From NCBI GenBank assembly GCA_045628665.1, contig JAZQPS010000017.1, positions 106,505 through 170,504 of the forward strand: a DNA stretch of 64,000 nt. The letters are read 5' to 3'. Made by a program: the position numbers and the translations under genes. Positions 10,385 to 21,261 of the stretch are shown here, one piece after another (positions within the stretch are counted from its first letter, which is position 1; the number at the start of each line of letters is the position of its first letter). The stretch is from Methanobrevibacter sp. GTDB taxonomy: Archaea; Methanobacteriota; Methanobacteria; Methanobacteriales; Methanobacteriaceae. Under the pieces are notes generated by a model that saw nothing but the letters and a program-made list of their open reading frames with translations, was not told the DNA's origin and ran no database searches.

Positions 10385-10600
10385 ATGGCAAAAGAAAATG
10401 ATGCAGAAAAAATCGTGGAAGAATTTTCAAAAAAATTAGAAGATATTCCTGATTTAGAAGAAACTTGGTATATTACTGATAATTTAAATCTCACTCGTAA
10501 AGATGAATCAAACGAGAAAAATCCAGAAAAAATATTAAGAAATGCTCGTATAGATAAAGATGGAAATCTTATTGTTAAAAAGGCTACTTGGACTCAATAA
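10385..10600 (+). CDS. gatC: Asp-tRNA(Asn) amidotransferase subunit C (archaeal type)
   Basis: 71 aa, EETWYITDNLNLTRKDE; RBS ggag. Confidence 0.8.
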   Translation: MAKENDAEKIVEEFSKKLEDIPDLEETWYITDNLNLTRKDESNEKNPEKILRNARIDKDGNLIVKKATWTQ

Positions 10601-10610
10601 GGTGATTATT

Positions 10611-11096
10611 GTGAGAATGAATTTGTTAGTAGAAGTTAAAGATGCTCCAGGACAATTAGTTGCAGTTTTAGAGCCTATTCGTGGTCTTGGTGCAAATATT
10701 GTAACTGTAATTCATAAAAGAGAAGAGAAAAACGAACAAGGAAATGTTCCTGTTCAATTGACTTTAGAAGGCGAAAAAGAAAATCTTTCAAATGTTGTTA
10801 ATAAATTTAAAGATTTAGGATTCTCTATTTTAGAAATTAACGGTACTTTAGATACAGAAATTATTAGTGCTATATTAATTGGCCATTTAGTTGATGAAGA
10901 TTTACAAGATACAATTGATAGACTCAATGAGTTAGAAGGTGTATTTGTAAATGAATTTAATATTCAATTAAGTGAAGACAATAAATCTGCTGCATTGATA
11001 AATATTGAAGTTAATGCAGGAAAAGAAGAATTAGCATTAGGAAAGCTTGCAGAAATCTGTTCTGAAAAAGATTTCCTCATGATTAACAATGTATGA
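10611..11096 (+). CDS. ACT-domain regulator of homoserine dehydrogenase
   Basis: KDAPGQLVAVLEPI..GANIVTVIH ACT motif; directly upstream of hom; GTG start after aggtga. Confidence 0.85.
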   Translation: MRMNLLVEVKDAPGQLVAVLEPIRGLGANIVTVIHKREEKNEQGNVPVQLTLEGEKENLSNVVNKFKDLGFSILEINGTLDTEIISAILIGHLVDEDLQDTIDRLNELEGVFVNEFNIQLSEDNKSAALINIEVNAGKEELALGKLAEICSEKDFLMINNV

Positions 11097-11105
11097 GGTG
11101 TTAAT

Positions 11106-12122
11106 ATGGAATGTAAAATAATTTTAATGGGTTTTGGTTCTGTAGGTCAAGGTATAGCTAATGTAATTGCAATGAAAAAAGATATCATTAAAGATAACTA
11201 TGATGCAGAACTTAAATTAGTTGCTGTTGCTGATTCATCTTCCTCTGCTATTTGTCAAGAAGGTTTAGATGAACAATTATTAATTGATACTAAAAAGAAT
11301 AAAGGTAAATTAAGCAATTATCCAGAATATGGTAGTGACATTTCAGGAATTGATGTGTTAGATGCTGTAGAATATGATTGTTTAATTGAATGTACACCAA
11401 CTAATAAAGAAACTGGTGAACCAGCATATTCTTTAACTATGAAAGCTTTTGAAGCAGGTAAAGATGTCGTAACTTCAAATAAGGGACATTTAGCTTTAAG
11501 ATTTAAAGATGTAATTGATGCAGCTGAAAAAAATAATGTGCAATTTAGATATGAAGCAACTGTAGGTGGTGCTATGCCTATTATTAATTGTGCAAAAGAT
11601 ACTCTTTCAAGTTGTAAAATTGAATCCATTACTGGAATTTTAAATGGTACTACTAATTACATATTATCAAGAATGACTGCTGAAGGATCTTCTTATGAAG
11701 ATATCTTAAAAGAATCTCAAGAATTAGGAATTGCTGAAACAGATCCAACTGCTGATGTTGAAGGTGAAGATGCAGCATGTAAAACTGTTATTTTAGCTAA
11801 TTCTCTTTTAGGTGTAGATGCAACTTATACTGATGTAGAAGTAATTGGTATTTCTAATATTACTTCAGAAGCTATTGAATTAGCTAAAGATGCTGGATAC
11901 TTAATAAAATTAATCGGTGAAGTAACTCCTACAACTTTAAAAGTATCTCCACGTTTAGTTAAAAAAGGAAGCGCTTATGATGTAAGTGGTACTTTAAACA
12001 TGGCAACAATTAAAACTGATTTAGCTGATGAAATTACTGTAGTAGGTAAAGGTGCAGGTTCAATAGAAACTGCTTCAGCTATGATAACTGACTTAATTTC
12101 AATATTAAAACTTAAAAAATAG
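11106..12122 (+). CDS. hom: Homoserine dehydrogenase
   Basis: [44 protein letters not shown]. Confidence 0.95.
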   Translation: MECKIILMGFGSVGQGIANVIAMKKDIIKDNYDAELKLVAVADSSSSAICQEGLDEQLLIDTKKNKGKLSNYPEYGSDISGIDVLDAVEYDCLIECTPTNKETGEPAYSLTMKAFEAGKDVVTSNKGHLALRFKDVIDAAEKNNVQFRYEATVGGAMPIINCAKDTLSSCKIESITGILNGTTNYILSRMTAEGSSYEDILKESQELGIAETDPTADVEGEDAACKTVILANSLLGVDATYTDVEVIGISNITSEAIELAKDAGYLIKLIGEVTPTTLKVSPRLVKKGSAYDVSGTLNMATIKTDLADEITVVGKGAGSIETASAMITDLISILKLKK

Positions 12123-12128
12123 ATTAAA

Positions 12129-13355
12129 ATGAAATATGTAATAATTATTCCAGATGGGGCAAGTGATTACCCTATTGATAAATTAAATAATAGAACCCCT
12201 TTAGAAGTAGCAAATACTCCAAATATGGATAAATTAGCTTGTGAAGGTTTTGGTGGATTAACTAATAATGTTCCTGAAGGTTATACTCCTGGTTCTGATG
12301 TAGCTAATATGAGTATTTTTGGGTATAATCCTGCAGATTATTATACTGGTCGTGGACCTTTAGAAGCAGGTAGTATGCATCTTAAAACTTCTGATAGAGA
12401 TGTTATTTTTAGATGTAATACTATTTATGAAGAAGATGGTTTAATTAATAATTTTAATGCGGATCACATAACTTCTGAAGAATCTGATGTATTATTAAAA
12501 GGTTTAAATGAATATTTTAATGAAAAATATGATGATTTTAAAGGAAAATTCTATACTGGAATTAGTTATAGACATATTTTTATATATACTTGTGATACTG
12601 TTGAACAAGCTCAAGAATTAGCTAGTTTAACAACTGCACTTCCTCATGATATTGTTGGTGAATCTATAGAAGATTATACTGCTTGGGATGGTGATTTAGC
12701 TCTCTTTATTAAACAAATAATGAACGAATCTAAAGAATACCTAGTTAATAATGAAGTTAATAAAAAAAGAGAAGCTAACGGTCTTAAACCAGCAAATATG
12801 GTTTGGTTATGGGGTCAAGGAACTACTCCTTCTCTTCCAAATTTCAAAGAGACTTATGGATTAGATGGAGCTGTTATTACTGGTGTAGATTTACTTAAAG
12901 GAATCGGTGTTTTTGCTGGTTTAGAAGTAATAGAAGTTCCAGGAGCTACTGGATTCTTTGATACTGATTACAAAGCAAAAGGAGAATATGCTATTACTGC
13001 TTTAAAAGAAAAAGATATTTTATTTGTTCATGTTGAAGCTCCAGATGAAGCAGGGCATGCTAAAAATATTGAAGAAAAAATTAAAGCACTCGAGAGAATT
13101 GATGAGTTTATTGTAGGACCAATTGTAGATTCTATTGAAGATGAATTTAAAATAGCTATTTTACCTGATCATCCTACTCCTATTGAAGTTGGAACCCATA
13201 CTCGTGATAATATTCCAATAATTATCTATTCATCAAAACCTAAATGTGAAGTAGATTGTGTTAAAAGATTAACTGAAAAAGAAGTTTTAAATGGTTCAAT
13301 TGAACAAAAAGAAGGTTATAAATTAGTTTCAAGATTAATTAATGATGATTTTTAA
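12129..13355 (+). CDS. apgM: Cofactor-independent phosphoglycerate mutase family (ApgM-like)
   Basis: PDGASD, PGSDVAN, GRGPLEA, HVEAPDEAGH, PDHPTP. Confidence 0.88.
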   Translation: MKYVIIIPDGASDYPIDKLNNRTPLEVANTPNMDKLACEGFGGLTNNVPEGYTPGSDVANMSIFGYNPADYYTGRGPLEAGSMHLKTSDRDVIFRCNTIYEEDGLINNFNADHITSEESDVLLKGLNEYFNEKYDDFKGKFYTGISYRHIFIYTCDTVEQAQELASLTTALPHDIVGESIEDYTAWDGDLALFIKQIMNESKEYLVNNEVNKKREANGLKPANMVWLWGQGTTPSLPNFKETYGLDGAVITGVDLLKGIGVFAGLEVIEVPGATGFFDTDYKAKGEYAITALKEKDILFVHVEAPDEAGHAKNIEEKIKALERIDEFIVGPIVDSIEDEFKIAILPDHPTPIEVGTHTRDNIPIIIYSSKPKCEVDCVKRLTEKEVLNGSIEQKEGYKLVSRLINDDF

Positions 13356-13364
13356 GGTTTAAAC

Positions 13365-14145
13365 ATGTTACTTGAAGCTCAATTTAAATCTCAAGCACTT
13401 ACTGGTACTACTAGTTTTAGTGCTGTTTTACCTGAAGATAATATTAATTTCTTAGCTGGTGAATCTTTTGATGTTGATAAACCTTATAAAACATTATATT
13501 TATTACACCCTCTATATGGGGACCATACTAGTTATTTAAATAGTTCTAATATTCGAGAATTAGCTGAAAGCTATAATTTAGCTGTTATTTTTCCAGATTG
13601 TGGAAATAGCTATTTTTTAGATAACGAACAATCTAATTTATTTTATTCTAAATTTGTATGTGAAGAACTTATTGAGTTTACACGAAATATTTTTCCATTA
13701 TCTCATAAAAGAGAAGATACTTTCATTGCAGGTTTTTCAATGGGAGGATATGGTGCTCTTAGGAATGGTTTAAAATATTCTGAGACTTTGGTAAAATAGG
13801 TGCTTTTTCTCCTGCATTATTAAATGAATTAGCATTTATGTTACCTATTCGAATAAATTTTTTAAAAATGCTAAAAAATCTTCTAGGCATTGTTTTGAAC
13901 CTGTCAATAAGATTAAAGGTACTGATAAAGATTATAGGTTCTTTTTAAAACAATTACTTGAAGAAGATAAAGATATTACAGAAATTTTCTTAGCTCGTGG
14001 TAAACAAGACTTTTTATATATTTTAACAAAATTATGTGATGGTCATTTAAAGCATAAGAAAGTTGAACATACATTTAAGGCTATTAAAGGTGAACATAAT
14101 TGGGTTTTTGTTAATAAAATTTTAGATGACTTTTTAAATGGGTGA
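13365..14145 (+). pseudogene. Alpha/beta-hydrolase esterase (tributyrin esterase-like), two frameshifts
   Basis: GFSMGG nucleophile motif. The continuation in shifted frames gives FGKIGAFSPA, GKQDFL and GEHNW, ending at TGA 14143-14145. Confidence 0.8.
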
Positions 14146-14149
14146 TTGA

Positions 14150-15259
14150 ATGAGTAGTTTAGGTTTTGGATTAATGAGGTTACCAAGATTATCAGATGAT
14201 TTTTCTGATGTTGACTATGATGCGGTTAATGAAATGGTAGATGTATATATTAAAGCTGGTTTTAATTATTTTGATAGTGCATATGGTTATCATAATGGAA
14301 ATGCTGATAAAGTTGTAAAAGATTGTATTATTAGTAGATATCCTAGAGAAGATGTCATTATAGCTAATAAACTTCCTTTATATGATTTTAAAGGAGATGA
14401 AAATCTTGAAGCTATATTCCAAGAACAATTAGATAAATGTGGTGTAGATTATTTTGACTATTATATGGTTCATAATGTTACTACATGTTTTGAAGAGGTA
14501 TGCAACTCATTAGATTGTTTTGGTTTTGTTAGAGATAAGAAATCTAAAGGTCTTGCTAAAAAAATTGGTTTTTCTTATCATGATGGTCCTGAAATGCTTG
14601 ATAGAGTGTTATCTGAGAATCCGGATATGGATTTTGTTCAATTACAAATTAATTATTTAGATTGGGATAATGCAATTCAATCTAGAGCATGTTATGAAGT
14701 TGCAAGGGAACATGATATTGAAGTAATTGTTATGGAGACTGTTAAAGGTGGAACACTTGCTAAAGTTCCTAGTGAAGTTGAAAAAATATTTAAAGATTAT
14801 AATCCTGATAATTCAGTAGCTAGTTGGGCTGTTAGATTCTGTGGATTTTTAGAAGGTGTTAGTATTGTTTTATGTGGTAATAGTAGTTTAGAACATGTTA
14901 AAGATAATATTAATACTTTTAATAATTTTAAACCTTTAACTGATGAAGAATTAGAGATAATAGATGAAGTTAAACAAATTATAGAAGATTCTGTTCAAAT
15001 TCCTTGTTCTTACTGTGATTATTGTTTAGATTATTGTCCTAATGGTATTCCTATCTCAAAATTCTTTTCATTACACAATGATGCTAAAAGTTCTATTGAA
15101 GTACAATATTTGTATTATATTTATTATAACAACTATGCTAAAGAAGGTGCAAAAGCTTCTGAATGTAATTATTGTGAAGAATGTGTATCTCATTGTACAC
15201 AGCATATAGATATTCCTTGTGAGCTTGAAAAAAGTTGTGGAATTATTACAATTAGATAA
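14150..15259 (+). CDS. Aldo/keto reductase with C-terminal 4Fe-4S dicluster
   Basis: LGFGLMRLP, YFDSAYGYH, VQLQINYLD, two CxxCxxCxxxC motifs. Possible +1 slip in the A-run near the C-terminus. Confidence 0.88.
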   Translation: MSSLGFGLMRLPRLSDDFSDVDYDAVNEMVDVYIKAGFNYFDSAYGYHNGNADKVVKDCIISRYPREDVIIANKLPLYDFKGDENLEAIFQEQLDKCGVDYFDYYMVHNVTTCFEEVCNSLDCFGFVRDKKSKGLAKKIGFSYHDGPEMLDRVLSENPDMDFVQLQINYLDWDNAIQSRACYEVAREHDIEVIVMETVKGGTLAKVPSEVEKIFKDYNPDNSVASWAVRFCGFLEGVSIVLCGNSSLEHVKDNINTFNNFKPLTDEELEIIDEVKQIIEDSVQIPCSYCDYCLDYCPNGIPISKFFSLHNDAKSSIEVQYLYYIYYNNYAKEGAKASECNYCEECVSHCTQHIDIPCELEKSCGIITIR

Positions 15260-15353
15260 AAATTAATTTATTTTAATATTTTTTTATTTTTAAATCATTT
15301 TTCTATTTTTAATTCCTATTTAGTTAATATACCTTAAGTTATAAACTATTTTT

Positions 15354-16221
15354 ATGGATTTAAGCATTATTTTTCTAATACAAATTGTTGTTACTTCGTT
15401 ATTTTGTTTTTTAGCAGCATTTTATGATTTGAAATATGGCATTATTCCGAACAAGTTAAATTTATTTTTAATTATTTTCGGATTATTAACTAATCTATTT
15501 TTATCCATAATTTCAACCAACATTAAATTCATTTTATGTTCAATTATTTTAATGGCAATTACTTTTTTAATCACTTTAATGATGTAGAAATTATATTTGG
15601 GGTGGTGGTGATGTAAAATTGTTTGTTGCAATCACTTCAGTAACATTTGGTGTATATATCTCATTTTTACACATTTGTCCAACATTAGCTTTCTATCCTT
15701 TTTTCTTAACAGTAATAATAAATAGTATTCTTGTAGCTTTTCCTTTTTTATTAGGTTATATTTTATATGTATTTTATCAAAATATTCGTTATTTTAATGA
15801 TAATAAGTTGTTTATTGCTTTATTGAATATTAACATTCTTTCAATGCACGTGAGAAATATATTTAATAAATTTATTCTTATAAAAAATTTAAAAGAAGGA
15901 ATGATAGTTAATAATTATTATTTTAATAGTATTGATCTTTATAATGATTTTAAATCATTAGAAGGTAATATTCGTGTTTATATTAATAATAAAAAAGATT
16001 TACATTATAATTATTATTTTAAAACTGATTCCGCTGGTGGTTTAACTGCTTCTGATGTAACTTTTCTTAAAATAATGAATTTAAATGGACGTATAACAAA
16101 TAGGATATCTATAAAGGTGTCTTTTCCATTTGAACCTGCTATAGCTATCGGATTTTTAATTTCAATTTTATTTGGAGATATAATAACTATTTTAATAATG
16201 AATTTTACATTTGTGGTTTAA
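15354..16221 (+). pseudogene. A24 prepilin peptidase, nonsense codon + frameshift
   Basis: AAFYDLKYGIIPN (first Asp); TAG at 15585-15587; WGGGDVKLF (second Asp) in a different frame; C-terminal FPFEPAI. Confidence 0.85.
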
Positions 16222-16652
16222 TGATTTTAGATAATAAAGGACAGTTATCCTTAGAATATTTATTAATTTTTTCAATTTCTTTAATTCTTCTTATAGTTTT
16301 TACTTTACCTCTTGTAAGTTTAGCTAGTGAAACTATATTGAATAGTACGGATGTGGTATTAATTAAAAATGATATGAATAAAATAGCTACTGGAATTAAT
16401 CAAGTTTATAATGAAGGTGAATATTCAAAAAGAACAGTTTATATTGATGTAAAAGAGGATATTCAATTAAATATTAATGATAATAAATTAACAACGGATA
16501 TTCATTTACGTGATGATTTAATAAAACATTTAGAAGTATCTCATTTGAATTCAGATTTAAATATACTGTTGAATTTATATAAAGGAGTAAATAAAATTGT
16601 TATAGAATGGCCAGAAAATTCTACAAAAATAATTGTTTATTGTAAAAATTAA
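16221..16652 (+). CDS. Class III signal peptide (type IV pilin-like) protein
   Basis: DNKGQLSLEYLL followed by a hydrophobic helix. Confidence 0.85.
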   Translation: MILDNKGQLSLEYLLIFSISLILLIVFTLPLVSLASETILNSTDVVLIKNDMNKIATGINQVYNEGEYSKRTVYIDVKEDIQLNINDNKLTTDIHLRDDLIKHLEVSHLNSDLNILLNLYKGVNKIVIEWPENSTKIIVYCKN

Positions 16653-16720
16653 TTATCAAAAGTTTTTTAAATATAATAAACAAAAATACACTATAATTAA
16701 AATTTTTATGAAGTGAATTT

Positions 16721-17539
16721 ATGGATTTTATAACCTCTATTATTTTTATTGTTATATTCTTAGTATTTATGGTGTTTGTATTTTCTATTGGATTACTCAG
16801 ACCATTCATGCATAAAAAAGAATTGGCACTAGTATTTGTTGCAGCATTTATTGTTGGTTCATTAGGAGGTGCTTTTTTCTTAGTACCTGTTTATAATGAT
16901 TTGCCAGAATTTATTTGTGCTGTAGAACAGGTTCTTCCAACAAGTGAAGAAACTATGCATTTGGATATTTCTTATTCAGATAATGCAACAGGTATTATTG
17001 ATCAACTAAAGACTATGGATGGTGTTCGTTCAGTTAAAGTTACTGGAATAACGGTTTATCTATCTCCTCTATCTGATGCTGATGTAAAAACTGTCAATAG
17101 GGCATTAGGTATTATAGATAAATCTTATGAATCATGGGATATAAATAAATCAGGGAAAATAGAGATTCAACTTAAAGAAAATGCATCTCTTGCTTCAGCT
17201 TTACAATCATTTTCAAACTGGCATGAGTTAGTTTATGGAGACAAATTTGGATATGCTCTTGTTCATGTAGAAGTTGTTGTTTCTTCTTCTAGTTATGATA
17301 AAATTGAACAATTCTTATTGTCCAATAGGGTTGTACCATCAAATGTAAGTGGTGTAAGTCATGAGTTGAAAGATAAAGTAGAAAGTTCATTATTACTAGA
17401 TAGTATATTTGTTCTATTTTGTGGTATTTTTGGTATATTTGTAACTTTAATAGGTCTATACTTTGATAATATTGTAGTGTCTTATAGAAAACTTCGAAAA
17501 TGGATAAGAAGGAATATCACCAAAAGGAAAAATAAATGA
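16721..17539 (+). CDS. Membrane protein of unknown function
   Basis: Two N-terminal and one C-terminal TM helices around a soluble domain. Confidence 0.7.
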   Translation: MDFITSIIFIVIFLVFMVFVFSIGLLRPFMHKKELALVFVAAFIVGSLGGAFFLVPVYNDLPEFICAVEQVLPTSEETMHLDISYSDNATGIIDQLKTMDGVRSVKVTGITVYLSPLSDADVKTVNRALGIIDKSYESWDINKSGKIEIQLKENASLASALQSFSNWHELVYGDKFGYALVHVEVVVSSSSYDKIEQFLLSNRVVPSNVSGVSHELKDKVESSLLLDSIFVLFCGIFGIFVTLIGLYFDNIVVSYRKLRKWIRRNITKRKNK

Positions 17540-18210
17540 AAGTTGCTATTTTATTTTCAGGTGGAAAGGATAGTGTTATGGCTTTATTTAAAGCTTTAGA
17601 GAATAAAGAAGAAGTCATCTGTCTTCTTTCAATGAAGTCTTTAAATAATGAGTCACACATGTTCCATGTTCCAAATATACATATTACTAATTTACTAGCT
17701 GAAGCTCTCGATATTCCTCTAGTTGAAGCTATAACAGAAGGTGTTAAAGAAGAAGAACTCAATGACTTAAAAAGGGAATTTATTTCACTTAAAAATCAAG
17801 GTGTTGAGGCAATATATACTGGTGCTTTATATTCTGTTTATCAAAAATCTAGAATTGAAAAAATAGCTAGTGAATTAGATTTAAAAGTTATTTCTCCATT
17901 TTGGCATGTAAATGAAGAAGAATATATGAGGTTTATTGTTTCTTTAGGTTTTGAAGTTATTATTTCAGGTGTTTTTGCTTATGGTCTTGATGAATCATGG
18001 TTAGGACGTAAAATAGATGAAAAAGCTATTGATGAACTTGTGAAATTAAATGAAAAATATCATGCCAATATGGCTTTTGAAGGTGGAGAAGCAGAGACAT
18101 TAGTTGTTAATGGCCCTATTTTTAAAAAGCGAATAAATATTTTAAAAAGTAAAAAAGAGTGGCATGTAGATAATGGTTTATTCATAATTGAAGAAGCAGA
18201 ATTAATTTAA
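17536..18210 (+). CDS. Diphthine-ammonia ligase family PP-loop ATPase (MJ0570-like)
   Basis: LFSGGKDS, MFHVPN, FEGGEAET. Confidence 0.88.
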   Translation: MKVAILFSGGKDSVMALFKALENKEEVICLLSMKSLNNESHMFHVPNIHITNLLAEALDIPLVEAITEGVKEEELNDLKREFISLKNQGVEAIYTGALYSVYQKSRIEKIASELDLKVISPFWHVNEEEYMRFIVSLGFEVIISGVFAYGLDESWLGRKIDEKAIDELVKLNEKYHANMAFEGGEAETLVVNGPIFKKRINILKSKKEWHVDNGLFIIEEAELI

Positions 18211-18755
18211 ATTCCTAATTTCTTATAAAATTCTTCAATTTCAGTTACAAAACTATCTAAAGAACTTTCATTGATTATCATTTTATCAGATAAAGAAATA
18301 ACTTTTCCGATTCCGAAATTTAATTCTCTTTGATTTCTTTGATTAAATAATTGAATATCTTGTGAATCGTCTGCTCTATTTCTATCTTGTATTCTTTTAA
18401 ATCTTATTTCAGGATTAGCAAATACAGAAACAATTTTAAAGTTTTCGAAATTTTCTTTAAAAACTTTAACTTCATGATAGCTTCTTATTCCTTCTACAAT
18501 AATTAATCCATTAAAACCATTTTCAATAATGTTTTTAATTTCTTTAATTGTAAGTTCAGCAACAATACAATCTCCAAATTCTTGTCTTAATTTAATTGCA
18601 GTTGTTTTAGTTGCTTCACCTCTTTTTTTAGCTTCATTTCTAATTATATCTCCCATACTTACGATAGTAGCACCTTTTTCAATGCCTTTCTCAGCAACTA
18701 TACTTTTTCCAGATCCTGGCAAACCAGATATTCCAATAATTTGCATTTTATTCAT
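18207..18755 (-). CDS. UPF0200 P-loop nucleotide kinase (dephospho-CoA kinase-like)
   Basis: GLPGSGKS, MGDIIR, EGIRS, RELNFGIG. Confidence 0.8.
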   Translation of the reverse strand: MNKMQIIGISGLPGSGKSIVAEKGIEKGATIVSMGDIIRNEAKKRGEATKTTAIKLRQEFGDCIVAELTIKEIKNIIENGFNGLIIVEGIRSYHEVKVFKENFENFKIVSVFANPEIRFKRIQDRNRADDSQDIQLFNQRNQRELNFGIGKVISLSDKMIINESSLDSFVTEIEEFYKKLGI

Positions 18756-19489
18756 CCTTTAATTTTAAATGATTCTAATGATTCTTTAAGATTTTCATCA
18801 TTTGAGAAGTCTTTAACCATTTTGATAAGGTCTTCTTTATCTTGTGTTTTTAAATCTTCAGCTATTTGACACATAAATGGAATAGCTCTAATTACATTAT
18901 CTACAATAGAAATATCAGATTTAACTGATGTTCTTGATAATGGATTTAAATCTATTGTGATTATTATTTTTCCACTTTTAGCTAATATTTCTGCACGATC
19001 TCCATCTTCAAGAGGAACAAGCACTACATCTGCTTTATATATACCGTTACGACTTGCAGAAGCTCTTGGATTTTTAATCTCATTAATATAAGCTAAATCA
19101 TCTTCATTTGTTCCTAATACGTCTTTCCATCCATGTTGTTCAAAAAGTTTTTTAAGTTTATCAACTCTTTCATCAGTCCTATAGAATAAATTAATCTCTA
19201 TTTTTGCATTAACTATTTTAGCAAGTTTGATAATATCATCAATAACTAATGCAGTTGTATTTCCATTAACAGAAATAACAGGATTATTTGCTACTAACAT
19301 TCTAGCAACTGCAACATATATTGCTCTTTTTGCAGGATAACTTGTTTCTTCTCCTAATAAGTAATCAAAACATTCTCCTCTTCCGTGAGCTATCATAGCA
19401 GAATCTGCTAAATATCCTTCTTTGTATGCTTTTACTATTTTATCTCTTAAAACTAATGATTCATAACGGGGATGGTTCTTTAGTATCAT
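18752..19489 (-). CDS. Phosphopantothenate synthetase (4-phosphopantoate--beta-alanine ligase)
   Basis: HPRYESL, AHGRGECFDYLLGE, SVNGN, VPLEDGDR, DLNPLSRT. Confidence 0.92.
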   Translation of the reverse strand: MILKNHPRYESLVLRDKIVKAYKEGYLADSAMIAHGRGECFDYLLGEETSYPAKRAIYVAVARMLVANNPVISVNGNTTALVIDDIIKLAKIVNAKIEINLFYRTDERVDKLKKLFEQHGWKDVLGTNEDDLAYINEIKNPRASASRNGIYKADVVLVPLEDGDRAEILAKSGKIIITIDLNPLSRTSVKSDISIVDNVIRAIPFMCQIAEDLKTQDKEDLIKMVKDFSNDENLKESLESFKIKG

Positions 19490-19493
19490 TTTC

Positions 19494-19877
19494 TCACTTC
19501 AATCGAATAGGCATTTGTGCAAAATAACCTAAAACAGTTAATATAAATGGCATAATTATTAATGTGATTATAAAATCATATAAATAATTATTAAATATTA
19601 TGCTTATATCATTAGGCCATATAATGAAAATTAAATTGCATCCCATGTTTATTAAAAAAAAGATTATTCCTCCAATAAATCCTTCAAGAATTTCATTTTT
19701 ATTGAAATTTCTTAAATATAGTGTTCCAAAGATTCCTGTTGAAATAATAATGGTAATTAATTTAAGTAAAGTAGAATATTCATATTCTATGTTAATAAAT
19801 GGTCTACAAATGATTAATATTATTTCAATAAATAACCAACATAAGAATCCGTATAATATTGCTTTTTTAATGTTCAT
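19494..19877 (-). CDS. Small membrane protein
   Basis: Four hydrophobic segments. Confidence 0.65.
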   Translation of the reverse strand: MNIKKAILYGFLCWLFIEIILIICRPFINIEYEYSTLLKLITIIISTGIFGTLYLRNFNKNEILEGFIGGIIFFLINMGCNLIFIIWPNDISIIFNNYLYDFIITLIIMPFILTVLGYFAQMPIRLK

Positions 19878-20193
19878 AATAAGACCTTGAAATATTATAT
19901 TATTATATTTATTTCAAAATCTTATATATTTTTTTAATATTTTAAAAAAGTGGTTAAAAGTAAAATATCTTACCTGAGGAGGAAAAAAATAGGTTTTTGT
20001 TAATATTCTACTTTTTATCATAATACATTTAATTATTTTAGATATAAAATATTTTATTTCGAGAAAATCATCATAAAAGTATTTTAACCAATTAATATAT
20101 TTTAATGTTATTATATATAAAGTTATCTTAACTTTACTTTTTATCAAGTATACTTTAATACTAAATATTAAAATATAATGCTTAATATAAAAT

Positions 20194-21261
20194 ATGATAA
20201 TGATGAAAAATGAAGAGCATGAACGATATTTAAAAGAAGTTATTCTAGCTAAGTATTTATCTAGTAATTATACTTCTGAAAACAATCATAAAAAATCTCT
20301 AAAAAAATCTTCACTATATTTTGAAACATATAAAGAAAATTTACTAGAAAAATATGAAGGTAAAACTCTTTTAGATATAGAAGGAGCTAAACATTATGAA
20401 AATTCTTCAGGAGAAACTATTAAAATAACTATTAAAGAAAAAATAGATTTTAATCTAGAAAATATTAATTTTAATAAAAAAATTAGAGAAAATCTTAAAT
20501 TATTAGATGGTGTAGGTCCTGCAACAGAAAAAAAACTTAAAAAACAAGGATTTACAACTATTGACTCTCTTAAAAATCATGATTCTTATGGAAGTAAAGC
20601 AACTAAGTTAATTTCTAAATTAGATAATTGTTGTTCATGTGATTTATTTAACTTACTTAATAAGAATAAATATTCAGACGAATGTAAAAATAATGTATTA
20701 CGTTGTGCATCATTAATAAACAATGAAAATTTTAAATTTATGGATATAGAGACATTAGGTCTTTCTAATGTTCCAATTATTTTAATAGGTGTAGCAGAAA
20801 TTAAAGGAGATTCAATAATATCTACACAATATTTACTTAAAAATAAAATGGAAGAAGACGCTGTTTTAGAAGGATATTTATCTCATTTAAATAATGAATC
20901 TGTTCATGTAACTTTCAATGGAGCTTCTTTTGATGTACCATTTATTAAAAATAGATGTAATTATTATGGAATAGATCATAATCTTGATTTAGCTCATATT
21001 GATTTATTGATTTTTGCAAGAAATTTATGGAAAGATATTTTACCTAATTGTCAATTACAAACTATTGAAGAACACTTTTTTGATTTAAAACGTATTGGTG
21101 ATGTTCCTGGTGCATATATGCTAGGTTATTATGAAACTTATTTAGCTACAAATAATATAGGTCCTTTAGTACCAATTATAGAACATAATCGTCAAGATAT
21201 TATTTCATTAGCTGGTTTTTTAAAGAAAATGTATGGAGAAGTTACAGATGGGATTATTTGA
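20194..21261 (+). CDS. RNase H-like DEDD exonuclease with HhH motif (YprB/MrfB-like)
   Basis: LDGVGPAT (HhH), FMDIETLG, TFNGASFDVP, HIDL, EHNRQDI. Confidence 0.85.
   Translation: MIMMKNEEHERYLKEVILAKYLSSNYTSENNHKKSLKKSSLYFETYKENLLEKYEGKTLLDIEGAKHYENSSGETIKITIKEKIDFNLENINFNKKIRENLKLLDGVGPATEKKLKKQGFTTIDSLKNHDSYGSKATKLISKLDNCCSCDLFNLLNKNKYSDECKNNVLRCASLINNENFKFMDIETLGLSNVPIILIGVAEIKGDSIISTQYLLKNKMEEDAVLEGYLSHLNNESVHVTFNGASFDVPFIKNRCNYYGIDHNLDLAHIDLLIFARNLWKDILPNCQLQTIEEHFFDLKRIGDVPGAYMLGYYETYLATNNIGPLVPIIEHNRQDIISLAGFLKKMYGEVTDGII

Noticed and set aside
15585-15587. Pyrrolysine readthrough of the TAG in the prepilin peptidase
   Set aside because: A frameshift follows within ~12 nt, there are no pyl genes in the window, and TAG is used as a normal stop (rpl40e, guaB).
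19914-20147. 77-aa minus-strand ORF, or an ncRNA around acctgaggagg...aggt
   Set aside because: Low-complexity K/I/F/Y composition typical of AT-rich intergenic DNA; the potential stem is too short to support an RNA call.
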